From Cenococcum geophilum (Eukaryota): DNA of 64,000 bases. The notes below the pieces were generated by a model. That model did not search any database, had not been told where the DNA came from, and saw nothing but the letters and a program-made list of their open reading frames with translations. Positions 39,567 to 51,383 of the stretch are shown one piece after another. The translations under genes were made by a program, and so were the position numbers. The DNA lies in assembly GCA_050273025.1 (NCBI GenBank), contig CP158635.1:7874001-7938000 (forward strand). The letters run 5' to 3'. Within the stretch, counting starts at the first letter, position 1; each line of letters opens with the position of its first letter.

Positions 39567-40143
39567 GTCACCTAAGGGGGACCTAAGAAGAGCAGTTGCC
39601 AAACTACTTAGATCTGTTTCCTTCTCTATTAGAGGAGAATCCGTTCTTTTATTACCCAGTTCCTATAAACCTTATTTTATAAGTTTCTACTCCTTAAAAC
39701 AAACCTTCTTACAAACCTTCTTAAGATAAAGTAGATAAGCAAACGCCGCGATTTAAGTATCTAAAGCCTTCTATTCTGCATTATAAGAACGTTTTAACTT
39801 AGCAAGGGCTTACAACAGTTTACTATCTAGCCGCGCAGTAGCAGATTAAACACAAGACCCTAAGATAAATCAATTAGGGAACTAGACAACTATTAAGAGT
39901 AATAGGTCGCGTATATTTAGTATTAAAAGTAGAGCGAACGTCATAAAACAAACAAATATTTACTTTAGTATACTCTAAGTAAAAAGACAGTTATTATAAA
40001 GATGGGTTCGCTAACGCAATATAAACCAATCCCTCTTTTAAACAACAAGAATATAGAGACAGTATAATCTTACTAAAAGATAATATTGCAGCAATAGTGC
40101 GAGCACAACGTTGGGCGTATAAAGAAGAAATTGCTTTAGGCAT
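39459..40143 (-). pseudogene. Antisense spliced gene in B3: Zn(II)2Cys6 cluster, coiled coil, acidic tail (~209 aa; intron 39860-39914)
   Basis: Intact ATG at 40143; 685 nt minus the 55-nt intron is 630 nt, in frame to TAG; four-copy consensus gives C-x2-C-x6-C-x13-C-x2-C-x8-C. Confidence 0.78.
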
Positions 40144-41655
40144 AATAAGCAATAATATTAACTAAATTAATTAGACGGATATTACACCTCTAGTAAATAA
40201 CTTAGAGATATTTTAAATCTTTAAGGACGAAAATAAAGAGGAGGGAAATAGTGTTACGGACGCTTTAAGTACAATATTACGTCTACTTAGAGAAGAGACG
40301 GAAGAAGCTAGTTGGTTAATTTAGGCATAGTCTAAAATGGAGCCAATAAAACTATATAATAAGGAATAGTAACCAAGGTTATATAATATGCTACATATTA
40401 AATAAGAGGAATAAGAGGAACTTACGTACCTTATATATAAGACGTATATTACGTACAAGAAGGATTTTATAGGAGTATAGTTATATATTTAAGGACCCTT
40501 AGTCCCTACCTAGATAGTTTCTTCCTTATAGTAATTCTTAGAATATAATTAGAGTTAATCTGTTAGGCAACCACTCCACCAGTTATTATTACGTTGTTAA
40601 CTTTTATACTTGCATTTCCTACACACCTAGCCCAATAATAAGCCCATCGTAGTTCTTGCTATAAGGTTCCGTTACAATCTTAAGAGTTTTAATTATCTCT
40701 TATCTCGTCTTAAGAATCTTAAGCCTTTAGCCTTTTGCCTTTATTAAGTAATAAAGTAGCACTAGCAGTTATCTGCTTACTTAGTCTATATAAAACACTC
40801 TTCCTTTTATCTTATAAAGTAATAGATGCCGTATCTAACGGTATTATAATACCCGTTACTGAACCTTACTTTATAGCGGTCTTAGTTTCTACTTTTAATA
40901 TAACTTCTCTAAGGTTTATACGCTCCTAGTAAGCTACCTTTATTTCCTTATTATCTGTAAATATTTTACCTATATTAAACTCGTTATCTTTAATATCTAG
41001 TCTACGCGATAGTTTGTTAGTTCCCCTATATTCTAAGGATTCTGGCTCCTATAGCTAGTAGCTTACGTTATATTTAGTATTTTTATAAATTTAGCATACG
41101 TTATTATAACAAAACGCGAAACTTCTAATTAAATATTCTTTTGTTCCTCGCAGTACACTATTATCCCTCTATACGTGTATATCTTCTACTAGTTTGGTTC
41201 CCTTTATTATATAGTGACTTTAACCATTTTTATAATTCCTTACGAAGTGACCTTATTTCCTATAATTTATATAAGCTCTATTTTTAAACTACTAACTTTA
41301 CTATAGAGTCTGCCTAAACGTCTTCTGCTATTAAGATCCCTGGTTTAGCCTTTACTCCTTAGTCCTATAATTACTAGATCCTTAACCTCTAGGTTTTTAT
41401 AGTTTCTTACTCTATCTCTTATAGGCTTCTTTAGTACTACTTAGGTCTATTAGCTCTGCGCTATACTATAATTTCTAACTTAGCTTTGGTTATTACGTAC
41501 TTTACGCCTTATATAACTATAGAACTCTATTCTAGCCTCTCTTAGCCTATTCCCTTTAGTAAATCCAATTGTTAATCTTAATTACTTAATCTATTAATTC
41601 CCTTAGGGTATCCGCATCTTCTTTTAGGATAATCGCGTCCTAGACTTTAGCCTTA

Positions 41656-42064
41656 ACGTAGTTTACAAGCGAGCTGCGCACCTCAAAACTCACCAAAAAA
41701 TAGAAAAATCGCACTTTAATATCTCGACAACCACTTAATAATAATTAATGCAAATTTAATAGCGGCCTATTAATGTAATAACTAACTTATATAGGAAGTA
41801 TTGGAGATCTTATATAAGCGGAAGTATGTTAAATAGAAAAAGTGAGGCAATTCCGCCCCCACTTTCCTATTTAACATACTTCCGCTTATATAAGATTTCC
41901 AATACTTCCTATATAAGTTAGTTATTACATTAATAGGCCGCTATTAAATTTGCATTAATTATTATTAAGTGGTTGTTGAGATATTAAAGTGCGATTTTTC
42001 TATTTTTTGGTGAGTTTTGAGGTGCGCAGCTCGCTTGGGTGCGCAGCTCGCTTGTAAACTACGT
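41656..42064. mobile_element. Fold-back pogo/Fot1-type MITE (copy 2)
   Basis: TA TSD; ACGTAGTTTACAAGCGAG termini; near-perfect palindrome with ~190-bp arms; termini homologous to 5670-6053. Confidence 0.92.
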
Positions 42065-42067
42065 TAA

Positions 42068-42735
42068 GGGTATGTTCGGTTGCAAATCGGCTCCATCTCA
42101 TAACTGTTCAATCCGTGCGTCTTTTAGTGTCGCCCGTTCTGTAATTAGTGGCGGCTACCACCATGGCTCGTTTAAATCTGTAATAAAGACGATTGTTCGG
42201 TGGCTCCAGATAAGGCTCCAGATAAGGCTCCAGATTTGACTTCGCACAATGCGCGATTGACGTCAGTGAGCGATTCGAGTGAGCCCCTCTCTGCCACCAG
42301 GCCTCTATCGCAACTCCCCACTTTGGTGTAGTAATAGAGCCTCCTGCTCGGCCAACGCCCTCTGCGATCGACGCTTTCTACACCTTTGCCCACCTCCCAT
42401 AGGAGCCGTAGTAGAGTTACAGTGACGCCCGCAACGCCCGCGACGCTCCGAAAATAAGCTTATTATAATTACGAAGGTAATAATATTATATAAGGCCCGC
42501 AAATACGATAGCAGTATCGCGATTGGAGTGTGTGGAGTCGCCGTATTACAAGAAGTCGTGCATACGAGAGCTCCAGATTGATATGGAATATGGAACGGGA
42601 GCTCGAAGGCTACATATTGAAACGGTGCCAAGAACCTCATTTCAACTACCGTATACAGTATAGCTTGCAAATTTGACGCGCTTACCGATATGGAGGAGCT
42701 CCATATTCGTAACGGAGGTGCAACCGAACAACCCC
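42068..42735. mobile_element. Non-autonomous PIF/Harbinger element (668 bp), essentially un-RIPed
   Basis: TAA TSD (42065-42067, 42736-42738); TIRs GGGTATGTTCGGTTGCA / GGGGTTGTTCGGTTGCA; repeated GCTCCA(G)AT motifs. Confidence 0.88.
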
Positions 42736-45700
42736 TAAGTCTTTATTTATACTATACTATAAGCGCCCTATTATTCTACTTAACTAATATAGCTAACGTC
42801 TGGAACTGTGTTGTATACTTAATTGCTAAGGTTTGTTACGTAATGTCTTAGAGTTTTCTTTCCGCCGTGGTTATTAATTTTAGGTCTCTAAATATTTACG
42901 TAAGTCGCTCCGTAAACCCTTCTTAATTTAAAAATATAAATCGCATATCTTGGTTAGTAGTTATTATTCCGTTTGCCTATATTTCTATAAGGTAAGGCTT
43001 AAACTACTTAAGTGCTCTTCCTAATAAGAATAGTCCCGCATAGGCTATTCGATCTATAAGTATTAGTAGCTTTACCCCTTCTTATGTAACTTTAAAGTGC
43101 ATTTATATAAGAAATCCTTTAAGCTTTAATCTCTCTCCTAAAAATCTCTTAATTAATAGTAACTTAATCTTCGCCGCTCCTATCCTATTAATCCTATTTT
43201 TTAATATTGCATTATTCTCTATTAACTAGTTAACTATTTTTTATAACTGTCCAACCGTTATAGGTTGCTATAAGTTAGTGTCTACTATACTAGTGTCGTT
43301 TCCTAATCTCGAAGTAGTTGCCGCCGTTAATGGCGTTATAGTGGCTGCTTTTAGTGGCATGTTATTTAACTTTTTGTATTTAATATTATAACTAGGTAGT
43401 AATTGTATAACGGAACCTTGTAGCAAGTACTACGATAGGCTTATTAATAGGCTAGGTGTATAGGTAATATAAAGTAAAGTTAACAACGTAATAATAACTA
43501 GTAGAGTGGTTGCCTAATAGATTAACTCTAATTATATTCTGAGAATTACTATAAGGAAGGAACTATCTAGGTAGGGACTAAGGGTCCTTAAATACACAAC
43601 CGTACTCCTATAAAATCCTTCTTATATATAATGTATATATACTCTATCTACTCTATTACGGATTATACAGATTATATAGATTATATAGATTACGTTATAT
43701 AACCTTAGTTACTATTCCTCGTTATATAGCTCTATCGGCTCTATCCTAGACCGTGCCTAAATTAACTAACTAGCTTCTTCCGACTCTTCTCTAAGTAGTT
43801 ATAACATTGTACTTAAAGCGTCCGTAATATCTTTAATATAGATTTTAGTAATATCTTTTACTAAGATTTCTTCTATATATGTTATAAAGTAGCCCTATTT
43901 AGTTAACTTATCTACTATTACTAAGATTATATTATGCTTTTATCTAGTAATAGGATCTCTTAACTTTAGTAACTTAATAATAAAGTCCTATAATATAACC
44001 TCCTATAGTCTCTCTAGTATTTTAATAGGTTATAGCCCTTTATATAGCTTATGCCTTATTAGTTTATTTCTTTACTAATCTAAATACTTTTTTATTACTT
44101 TCCTAGCTATGCCCTAGATTCCGTTAATAATATATTCTTCCTAAAGTCTTAACACTAGGCCTACTACTCTATTATATCCTTAAGTTATTCCCTTATAGAA
44201 ATCTTCTATAAAATACTCTGCTATACTTTTTAGGATATACTTTACTTCTTAATTTTTATATATATCTATCCGTAAATTTTCTAGCTATACTTTTAGAATT
44301 CTTTATACCTAAAAACTTTTTAGTATCTTATAGACTCTTTCTAGTTTATTATCCTCTTAAGTTACTACTAGCTTAGGGTAATTATATCTAATTAATCTAT
44401 CCTTATTTCTGCGTAGTATTACTCCTAATAGTTCCTTATTATTTTATAGTTTAGCTTTCCTACTAAGTATATCTACCCTTATATTCTTAGTCCCTTTAGT
44501 ATACTAAATCTTAAAATAGTATTCTATAAGTATCTTTGCCTATTTAACCTATCTTTAATTAAGTTCTTTTATTATTAGAAACTCTATTAGGTTCTTAAAA
44601 TCCGTTTTAACTATAAATAGTTTTTCTATGCCTTATAAGAATGCTTTTTATTCCTTTAGTACTATAATTATATTTAATAACTCTTTATTATAGACGTTAT
44701 AGTTTAACTCTAGTAGTGTTATCTTTCTACTATAATATGCTACTAGGTACTATATATCTTTATACCTCTATAGTAAGTATACTTCTAATATATAGTCTAA
44801 TACGTTCGTTTTTATAACTATATCTAATCCTAGTTAGTAGATTTTAAGGATTAGCTCCTAGGCAAACAGCTTCTTAAGTTCCTTAAATAGCTTTTTTTAC
44901 TTATCTCCCTATGCCTATACTTCCTCTTTCTTTATAAGCCTAGTAAATGGTTTAATATTTTTCAATCACTGTACTATAAACCTCCTATAGTAATTGCAAA
45001 ACCCTAAAAATAACCTTAATTATATTATATTCTCTAGTTCTTACTAACTTACTATAGCTTTAATTTTCTTTAGGTCTATACTAATATAACTTAGTTTAAT
45101 AATAAATTTAATAAAATTAGTCTTTTTAGTAAAAAACTTATATTTCTTAATTATTACTAGCATTTATTCTTCCTATAGTCTCTTTAAGACCTATTTAATA
45201 TATTCCCTATACTTTTCCTCAGTTATTAAGTAGATAATAATATCGTTAAGATATACTATAATAAACTTATTAAGGTGCTCTCCTAATATACTATTAATTC
45301 TCTTCTAAAATATTATAAGTGTATTTATTAACCTAAAGGCTGCCTTTTATTTATTACCTTTTTTAATTCTAATCTAATAATATGCCTATTTTAGATTAAT
45401 CTTTATAAAGATTTGCGTGTTACCTATCTAATCCTAAATTTCGCTAATTAAGGGTAAAGGATACCTATCCTTTTAAGTAATGCTATATAACTATTTATAG
45501 TTAATGCATAGCCTAAGTTTCCCGTTCTTCTTTAGTATAAATAGTACTAGATAACCTACTAATAACTATAATAGTCTAATATATCCCTTTTATAAGTTTT
45601 TCTAAATAAACTCTTTAAGTACTCTTAATTTTTCTTTAGTAAGCTTATAGGTTAAAAAGAACCCCAGGCCTATTTTTAGTTTTAAGTTTATCTTATAGTC

Positions 45701-45842
45701 CTATACTATATAATCTACTAGCTTTTTACTTTTTAGGCTCTATAGTTTCTTACTATACTTATAGTATTTCTTTAGTATATAACTTAAGCCTTACTTAGTC
45801 TCTTTATATATTGCTCTAACTTAGTACTATATTAACTTAGTC

Positions 45843-48800
45843 TGTAAGCTTTGCAGTGCGAAGAATTGAATAAACGACTTAATTGTGAATGTAGCTCTAA
45901 AGCGTCTATATATACACGAAGTGGGTAATAAGAAGATAATAACAATGATGCTCAATTGCCGAGGTAGACAGCGCTTACAGTTGGTAATAGGTAATGAAAA
46001 TAGGTAGTGAGACATATGATGTGAGACATACGAGGTGGTGAGCCACGAGGTAATGCAAGCCTCGGTAGTCGGTTACACACCCCCCCAGATTTAACGGTGT
46101 AGTTAAAGCTATAGAAAACAAAAATAAAGGTAGAGGTTATACCAAAATAGGAAATTTAGATACAATTTAGGAGTAGCAAAAGGGTAGGGTAATTAAAATG
46201 GCATATTGCGAATATCGTGGATATTGCGGATATCGCGGACATTGCGAATGGAATTAATTGATCTAATGTCGAATATCCACCAAATTCAATTGCTTTATCC
46301 AAGCTTTGTGCTTTTAACGAGGTAGGATCTTAGTAAGGCCGTTGGTAGGTATCTTATCTATAGGGACCTATTGGACGTCGATCTTTTTGTCTTGGACTTT
46401 CTGTCTCAGCTAGTGCTGGTAGACGTCGATATATTGAAGCTTAGTGTTAAGCTTTAGTGTATCCTGTCTTAAGAGTTGTATAGTCTGCATATTGTTGCAG
46501 AGTACGGTAAAATCGCGTTCTAAGTTAAACCCGATTGCCTTAAAGAATTATTACCACCAGATAATTTCAACGGCAGCAGTAGATAGGGAGAGAAGCTCCG
46601 CTTTGGTAGTTAAATGAGTAACTAATCGTTGTAAGGTAGCTTTCCAATTAATTAGTCCTCCAAATAGCATAAATAGGTACCCTTAAGAGCTCCGTCTAGT
46701 CTCCTTATTGTCCGCAAATGCTATATCAGATACTCCGTAAAAGGTGACGTCTTCTCCTTTAGGGTTTCTAAAGTAGATATAGGCTCCAAATACTTCGCCA
46801 GAGTATTCAATAGCTGTAAATTTTGTTCCAAGATAGTAAGCAATAGCTTGGTTTGCTGCGTTAAGGTGTTATTAATTTAGATTAATAAGGAATTCGGCCA
46901 GCTTAAAATGCGTCTTAGCAATATCAGGTCTTCTAAATACGGCAAGGTATGTAAGTGACCCTACTCATTACTAGTAGGCTAGGGTTCTTCGTTTGCTAGT
47001 CGGACGGAATTAGTTCTTTGGCAGGAAGTAGTAACTTAGGAAATCTTTCTGGTAGTTAAATATTAAATCAATTGGCTATCTTTTTGATATAGGAGTCTTG
47101 GCAGAGCTAGAGCTTTCAACTTAGTCGATCTCGTTCGATTCGAATTCCTAGGAACCACTGTGGGTCTCCTAGTGCACGGATCTCGTATCAGTGCAGCAAT
47201 TTTGCTTCAAATTCTTCAAGTTTTAAAAGGTCCTTCTTGGCAAATAGGACGGCAATATTATCTACATAGAAGAAGACAATAAGTCGTCCGTCGGTAAATA
47301 GACAGTTAGTACCTAGTACTGGTTCTAATTCAAATTTAGCCAGTGTATTGGTAAGCTCTTTATACTAAAGTAGTGGTGAGATTTTCAATCCATATAGCGC
47401 CATAAGTAGCTTTAGGATATGTCCGTTTTAATCAAATCCTTCTAGGCAGTAGCAGTAGATTGGTTTACTAAGCTTGGCGTTTATAAATACGTTTACAGCG
47501 TCATACTGTCGAATTTCCAGGTTAAATGCGGCTGCTATAGCCATAAGAGCACGGAATATTCAAGCAGCTAGGGTTGCTGTATAGGTCTCTTCCTCTATAA
47601 TCTACAGGTCTCCGCGGACGCATAGTCTAGCTTTAAGCTTTTAAAGGTAACCGTTGCTGTCGAGCTTATATTTAAAGACCCATTTTAGTAGAAGGATCTG
47701 CTCGTTACCTGCTTCTACTTTTGGTACAGTCTTAAATGTCCCTTAGCGTTTTAGGTCATTGTATTCTTTTTCCATAGCCTTTTAAAAACCAGTAGTCAAA
47801 GGATGCTTTCTCAGTTCTTTAAGATTCTTTAGTTTAGGAGGAAGATTGTTATAATATAGAGATAAGGATCTAGTTCGGTCGATGTCCTTTACTAGTCCTA
47901 TAGCAAATCCAGCGTAGTAACCAAATAGGGTAGATAGATTGGCTAGTGCTGCTGCATGCGCTTAACGTCGAATTCATTTTAATCCTTCTGGTAGGATAAG
48001 GTCGGTAGAAGGTTTAGCCAAGACTTCGTCAGCTCGTGGAGCTGTATTAGTTGCTCTATTAGATAGTTCTAGAGAGCTTGGCTAGGTAGGAATTGTTTCA
48101 ATTATATCCAGGATGTCGTCTTAAAGTCCTTGTGGTGAGGCGTTCGATTCTGGTAAATCTGAAGATACCGTTCTGCTAGGTGTCAGTAACTGCTCAGTAT
48201 CCTTCGTACGAAGCTCTGCTAAATCGTTCGATTTAGATATAGTCGTTTAATCTACACCTAAGGTAGATCTTTAAGGGTCCAGATTAACTGTATATAGGAT
48301 TGATTCGTCCTTAGATTTGTCCTTATAGAGAGGTTCTGGTAGACTAATTGTCTAGAGGGTGTCTTCTAATGCTTCCCTTAGTAGGTAGTCGATGTCTTGA
48401 CCCCTTGGGGTCATAGAACGAGGTCTTGTTAAATATAACGTCTCTGGTTCGAATAACCTTGCGGAGACTTAGGATCCAGATTTAATAGATATTAGTTGAA
48501 TCGTAGCCGACTAGGTGTCCAATTAATGCACGAGGAGCTAGCTTGTCTCCCCTTTTAATTTATTTATCCAGTGTATAGGTCTTATAACCGTATACATGCA
48601 TATGGGTAAGTAACGGTGGCTTGCCGTAGGCGATCTCGTACGGAGTTTTCTATCCTAGTTGCTCATTTGGGGTTCGATTAAGTGCGTATCCGGCAGTAAG
48701 GAACGCCTCTAGTCCTAGAGACGGGGGTAAGGAAGCTCCTAGCTGCATAGCCCTAGATCGTTCTATAAGGGTTCGTCCAGATCGTTCAGCTCCGCCATTT

Positions 48801-51383
48801 TATTCTTCTGTATACGAGGCTCGGCATTTAAAAGTAATGCCTTTGTCTGCGCACCATGTCTATAGGGTGTCTCCTATCTGTCCAAAAGCTCGTTCGTTAT
48901 CACTCCAGAAGAAGACGACGTCTTAATAAAATCGTATTTTGATCAAACGGTAGGTCTTACGGATGGTAGGTAGGACGGTAGCTTTGTCCTTATTCTTAGT
49001 GGTAGATATAAAATTAAATTTGGAATATGTGCAATAGAAGTGTATCACGTATCTATCGCCGTTATACCCTAGTTCTCTAAGGGTAATAATATTGAATACT
49101 ATCCGCTCAAATGGTTGAGTAGCTGGAAATTTGTGTTGTTATCTTCGAGAGATCTGCTGCGTATGCTTTGCTAATAAGCAGACTTCGCATTTAATTTTAA
49201 GCGGTGCTCGTTCGTCGATTAGCTCTTCAAGCTCTACGCCATTAACGTGCTTAGAAAGCTGCTTAATAGCGTCAGGTCCTGTATGGCCAAGTATTATATA
49301 CCATTTTATAGCTGTGGCTCCGACTAGTTTACGGGCCATTCTGCTTAGTTAATATCTTCTTATTAAGAAGGTCGATTGAGTTATCGAATCTAGGGTAGGC
49401 TCTCTGTGCATCAGTGCCTAGTGGCCCCCTAGTCGTTTCGCATAGCATACTGTTTCGCCAGTTGCTAGACAGTATAGCAAGTTTCGTCCTAAGTCGAAAT
49501 GGATATCGTTATCAGTAGCTCTTAATAGTGCTACAATATTTATAAACATGGTAGGTACTAATGCTACATAGGATAGCTTCATTTTTGAGCTCCCAGTAGG
49601 TGTATTAACAGTAATCGTTACTGTTCCGTAAGCTTATATCTTTTCAAAATTTCCGCCAGCAATCAGGTAGTCGTCTTCTGCAGCTAGGTAGGAGAAGGTA
49701 AAGTCTTCTTAGTTGTTGTAGACGTGGGTATCTATACTAGGGTTAAGTATCTAGGTGTTCTAGAGTTCGAATGGAAATTAACTAGTACTGAACACGGCAG
49801 CATAGCTAGTTGGGGTCTTAGACGGTAGGGTTTTAGAATTAAAATCTATTATAGATTCTGTGTTCTTCTTTGCTTCCTATTCTCTTTTTAAGATAAGGTT
49901 AACAATACGTTTAATCCAAGGTGTAGATAAGATCTTTTCGTCTACTTCCTTCTGGACGTCTGGGTTTGGCTTCTATCCTTAAGGGCGCTTCCGCTTAACG
50001 ATATAGAAGCAGTCGCCAAATTAATACTTAAGGTCGCATACGCATATCTTATTCCATTTGGAATTGGAATTGGAATTGCCGTTGGAATCTAAATTAGAAT
50101 TCGAATTACCTAGGGTTGTAAAAGCAGAATTATTGGCAGGGGTAGCAGAGGATGCTGCTTGCTGCATGCGGTAGTGCTCCTTAAATTCCTCAATTAGATC
50201 GATAATAGATGGGGCGGCTTCATCCTTCCGTTCTTTCCTGATGAGGTCTACTTCTAGTGCTCCTACGAAACTAGAAGAGATAGGTTTGATTGCTTGAACG
50301 AAATTATAGTGTGGCCTAAATCCCTGCATATCTAGTAGCTTTAATTGTTCCGCAAGCTTGTAGACATTCCGCCAGTTGTTTAACCATTTGTCGATGTTCT
50401 GCTTTTTATTATAGGCTTTCAAAGCCGTGTACTGATTGAGGACGTCTCGTTTTTGACCTGAGGTGGTAGGGGCTAGTGCAGTCTTAAGTGCTTGAAGCCG
50501 TTCGTGTACCGTGTTGAGGTCGTCGATGAGTGGAAGGTAGGCTACCGATGTGGTGCGAACGATATAGTTACTGATATCGTTTATAGCCTGTTTTTCCTTC
50601 TGGTGTACGCGTAGATCGTCCTTATATTCGGCATAGAGCTAATTATAGGCAATGAGTTGGTTTGGGTCTAGCTTAGCTATCAATGTAGCATTAGGAAGTA
50701 CGTCCGCTGGTATGGGTCGATGCGGTGGTTTTAGCTTTGGAAGCTCGCCTTTCGTGGATGGGTCGATGTACTGCCATACCTCGTTGGTTTTGGCTGTGTC
50801 TTGGATGATAAAGAACCACTGTGTCCAATTAGAAGGCTGGTTAAGGATGAGGTTGACTTTTGATTCGTTGGTGGTCGTCATTTTTAGGATTTTGACAGGT
50901 CAGGCAGGGTCCAATTGGCGTCTTAGCGAAACCTTATTTTAACGTTCCGAACTTTTAATTTGATTCGTCAGTTCGTTCGTCGGCCGAGTACGTACGTCGA
51001 CTGGGGTCGATCGTCCGTTCGTTTGATAGATAAAGAAGCTCGAGACACTGCAAAGGTAGTAGAAGTAGTGACTTCTTGAATGAGGTAGTAGATTAATGAT
51101 GCAACAGGTAGATTAATTGCTCAGCAGGTAGTGCGATCCGGGCTCAACTGTAAGCTTTGCAGTGCGAAGAATTGAATGAACGACTTAATTGTGAATGTAG
51201 CTCTAAAGCGTCTATATATACACGAAGTGGGTGACAAGAAGATGATGACGATGATGCTCAATTGCCGAGGTAGACAGCGCTTACAGTCGGTAATAGGTAA
51301 TGAAAATAGGTAGTGAGACATACGATGTAAGACATACGAGGTGGTGAGCCACGAGGTAATGCGAGCCTCGGTAGTCGGTTACA
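45843..51383 (-). mobile_element. Full-length Ty1/Copia element E (5541 bp), lightly RIPed
   Basis: 235-bp LTRs at 45843-46077 and 51149-51383; TSD TAGTC; G-rich PPT next to the 3' LTR; PBS-position sequence GTTGAGCCCGG. Confidence 0.96.
46250..50881 (-). pseudogene. Copia gag-pol polyprotein of E (end approximate)
   Basis: ORF-track fragments 50639-50881, 50021-50422 and 49139-49339 (W..LGH...C..C integrase zinc finger); WIL(D)P protease at ~49750; FYVD(D)I at ~47270; KLQHID at ~46440. Confidence 0.88.

Larger units (their letters stand above)
32725..40676 (+). mobile_element. Uninterrupted chromoviral Gypsy copy B3 (7952 bp), nested in B2
   Basis: 425-bp LTRs at 32725-33149 and 40252-40676 (TGTTACGG...CCGTTACA); TSD ATCTT; PPT AAGAGGAGGGAAATAG. 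Confidence 0.96.
20294..43829 (-). mobile_element. Chromoviral Gypsy copy B2 nested in the B1 integrase (pieces 20294-22073, 28702-32724, 40677-41655, 42736-43829)
   Basis: TSD TCTTT (20289-20293, 43830-43834); LTRs 20294-20694 and 43406-43829 share a diagnostic GATTATATA-type repeat block. Confidence 0.92.

Noticed and set aside
16220..40929. Short ORF-track entries (16220, 17909, 24190, 28102, 36596, 40735) as genes
   Set aside because: Antisense or off-frame fragments of retroelements; the 24981-25211 ORF is simply a piece of the C3 integrase.
42039..42670. Three overlapping ORFs in the Harbinger element
   Set aside because: No transposase or Myb motif recognised; they are probably open because the DNA is GC-richer and un-RIPed.
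45827..46015. ORF MSHYLFSLP... (and its twin at 51121-51321)
   Set aside because: Lies inside the Copia E LTRs; duplicated only because the LTRs are.
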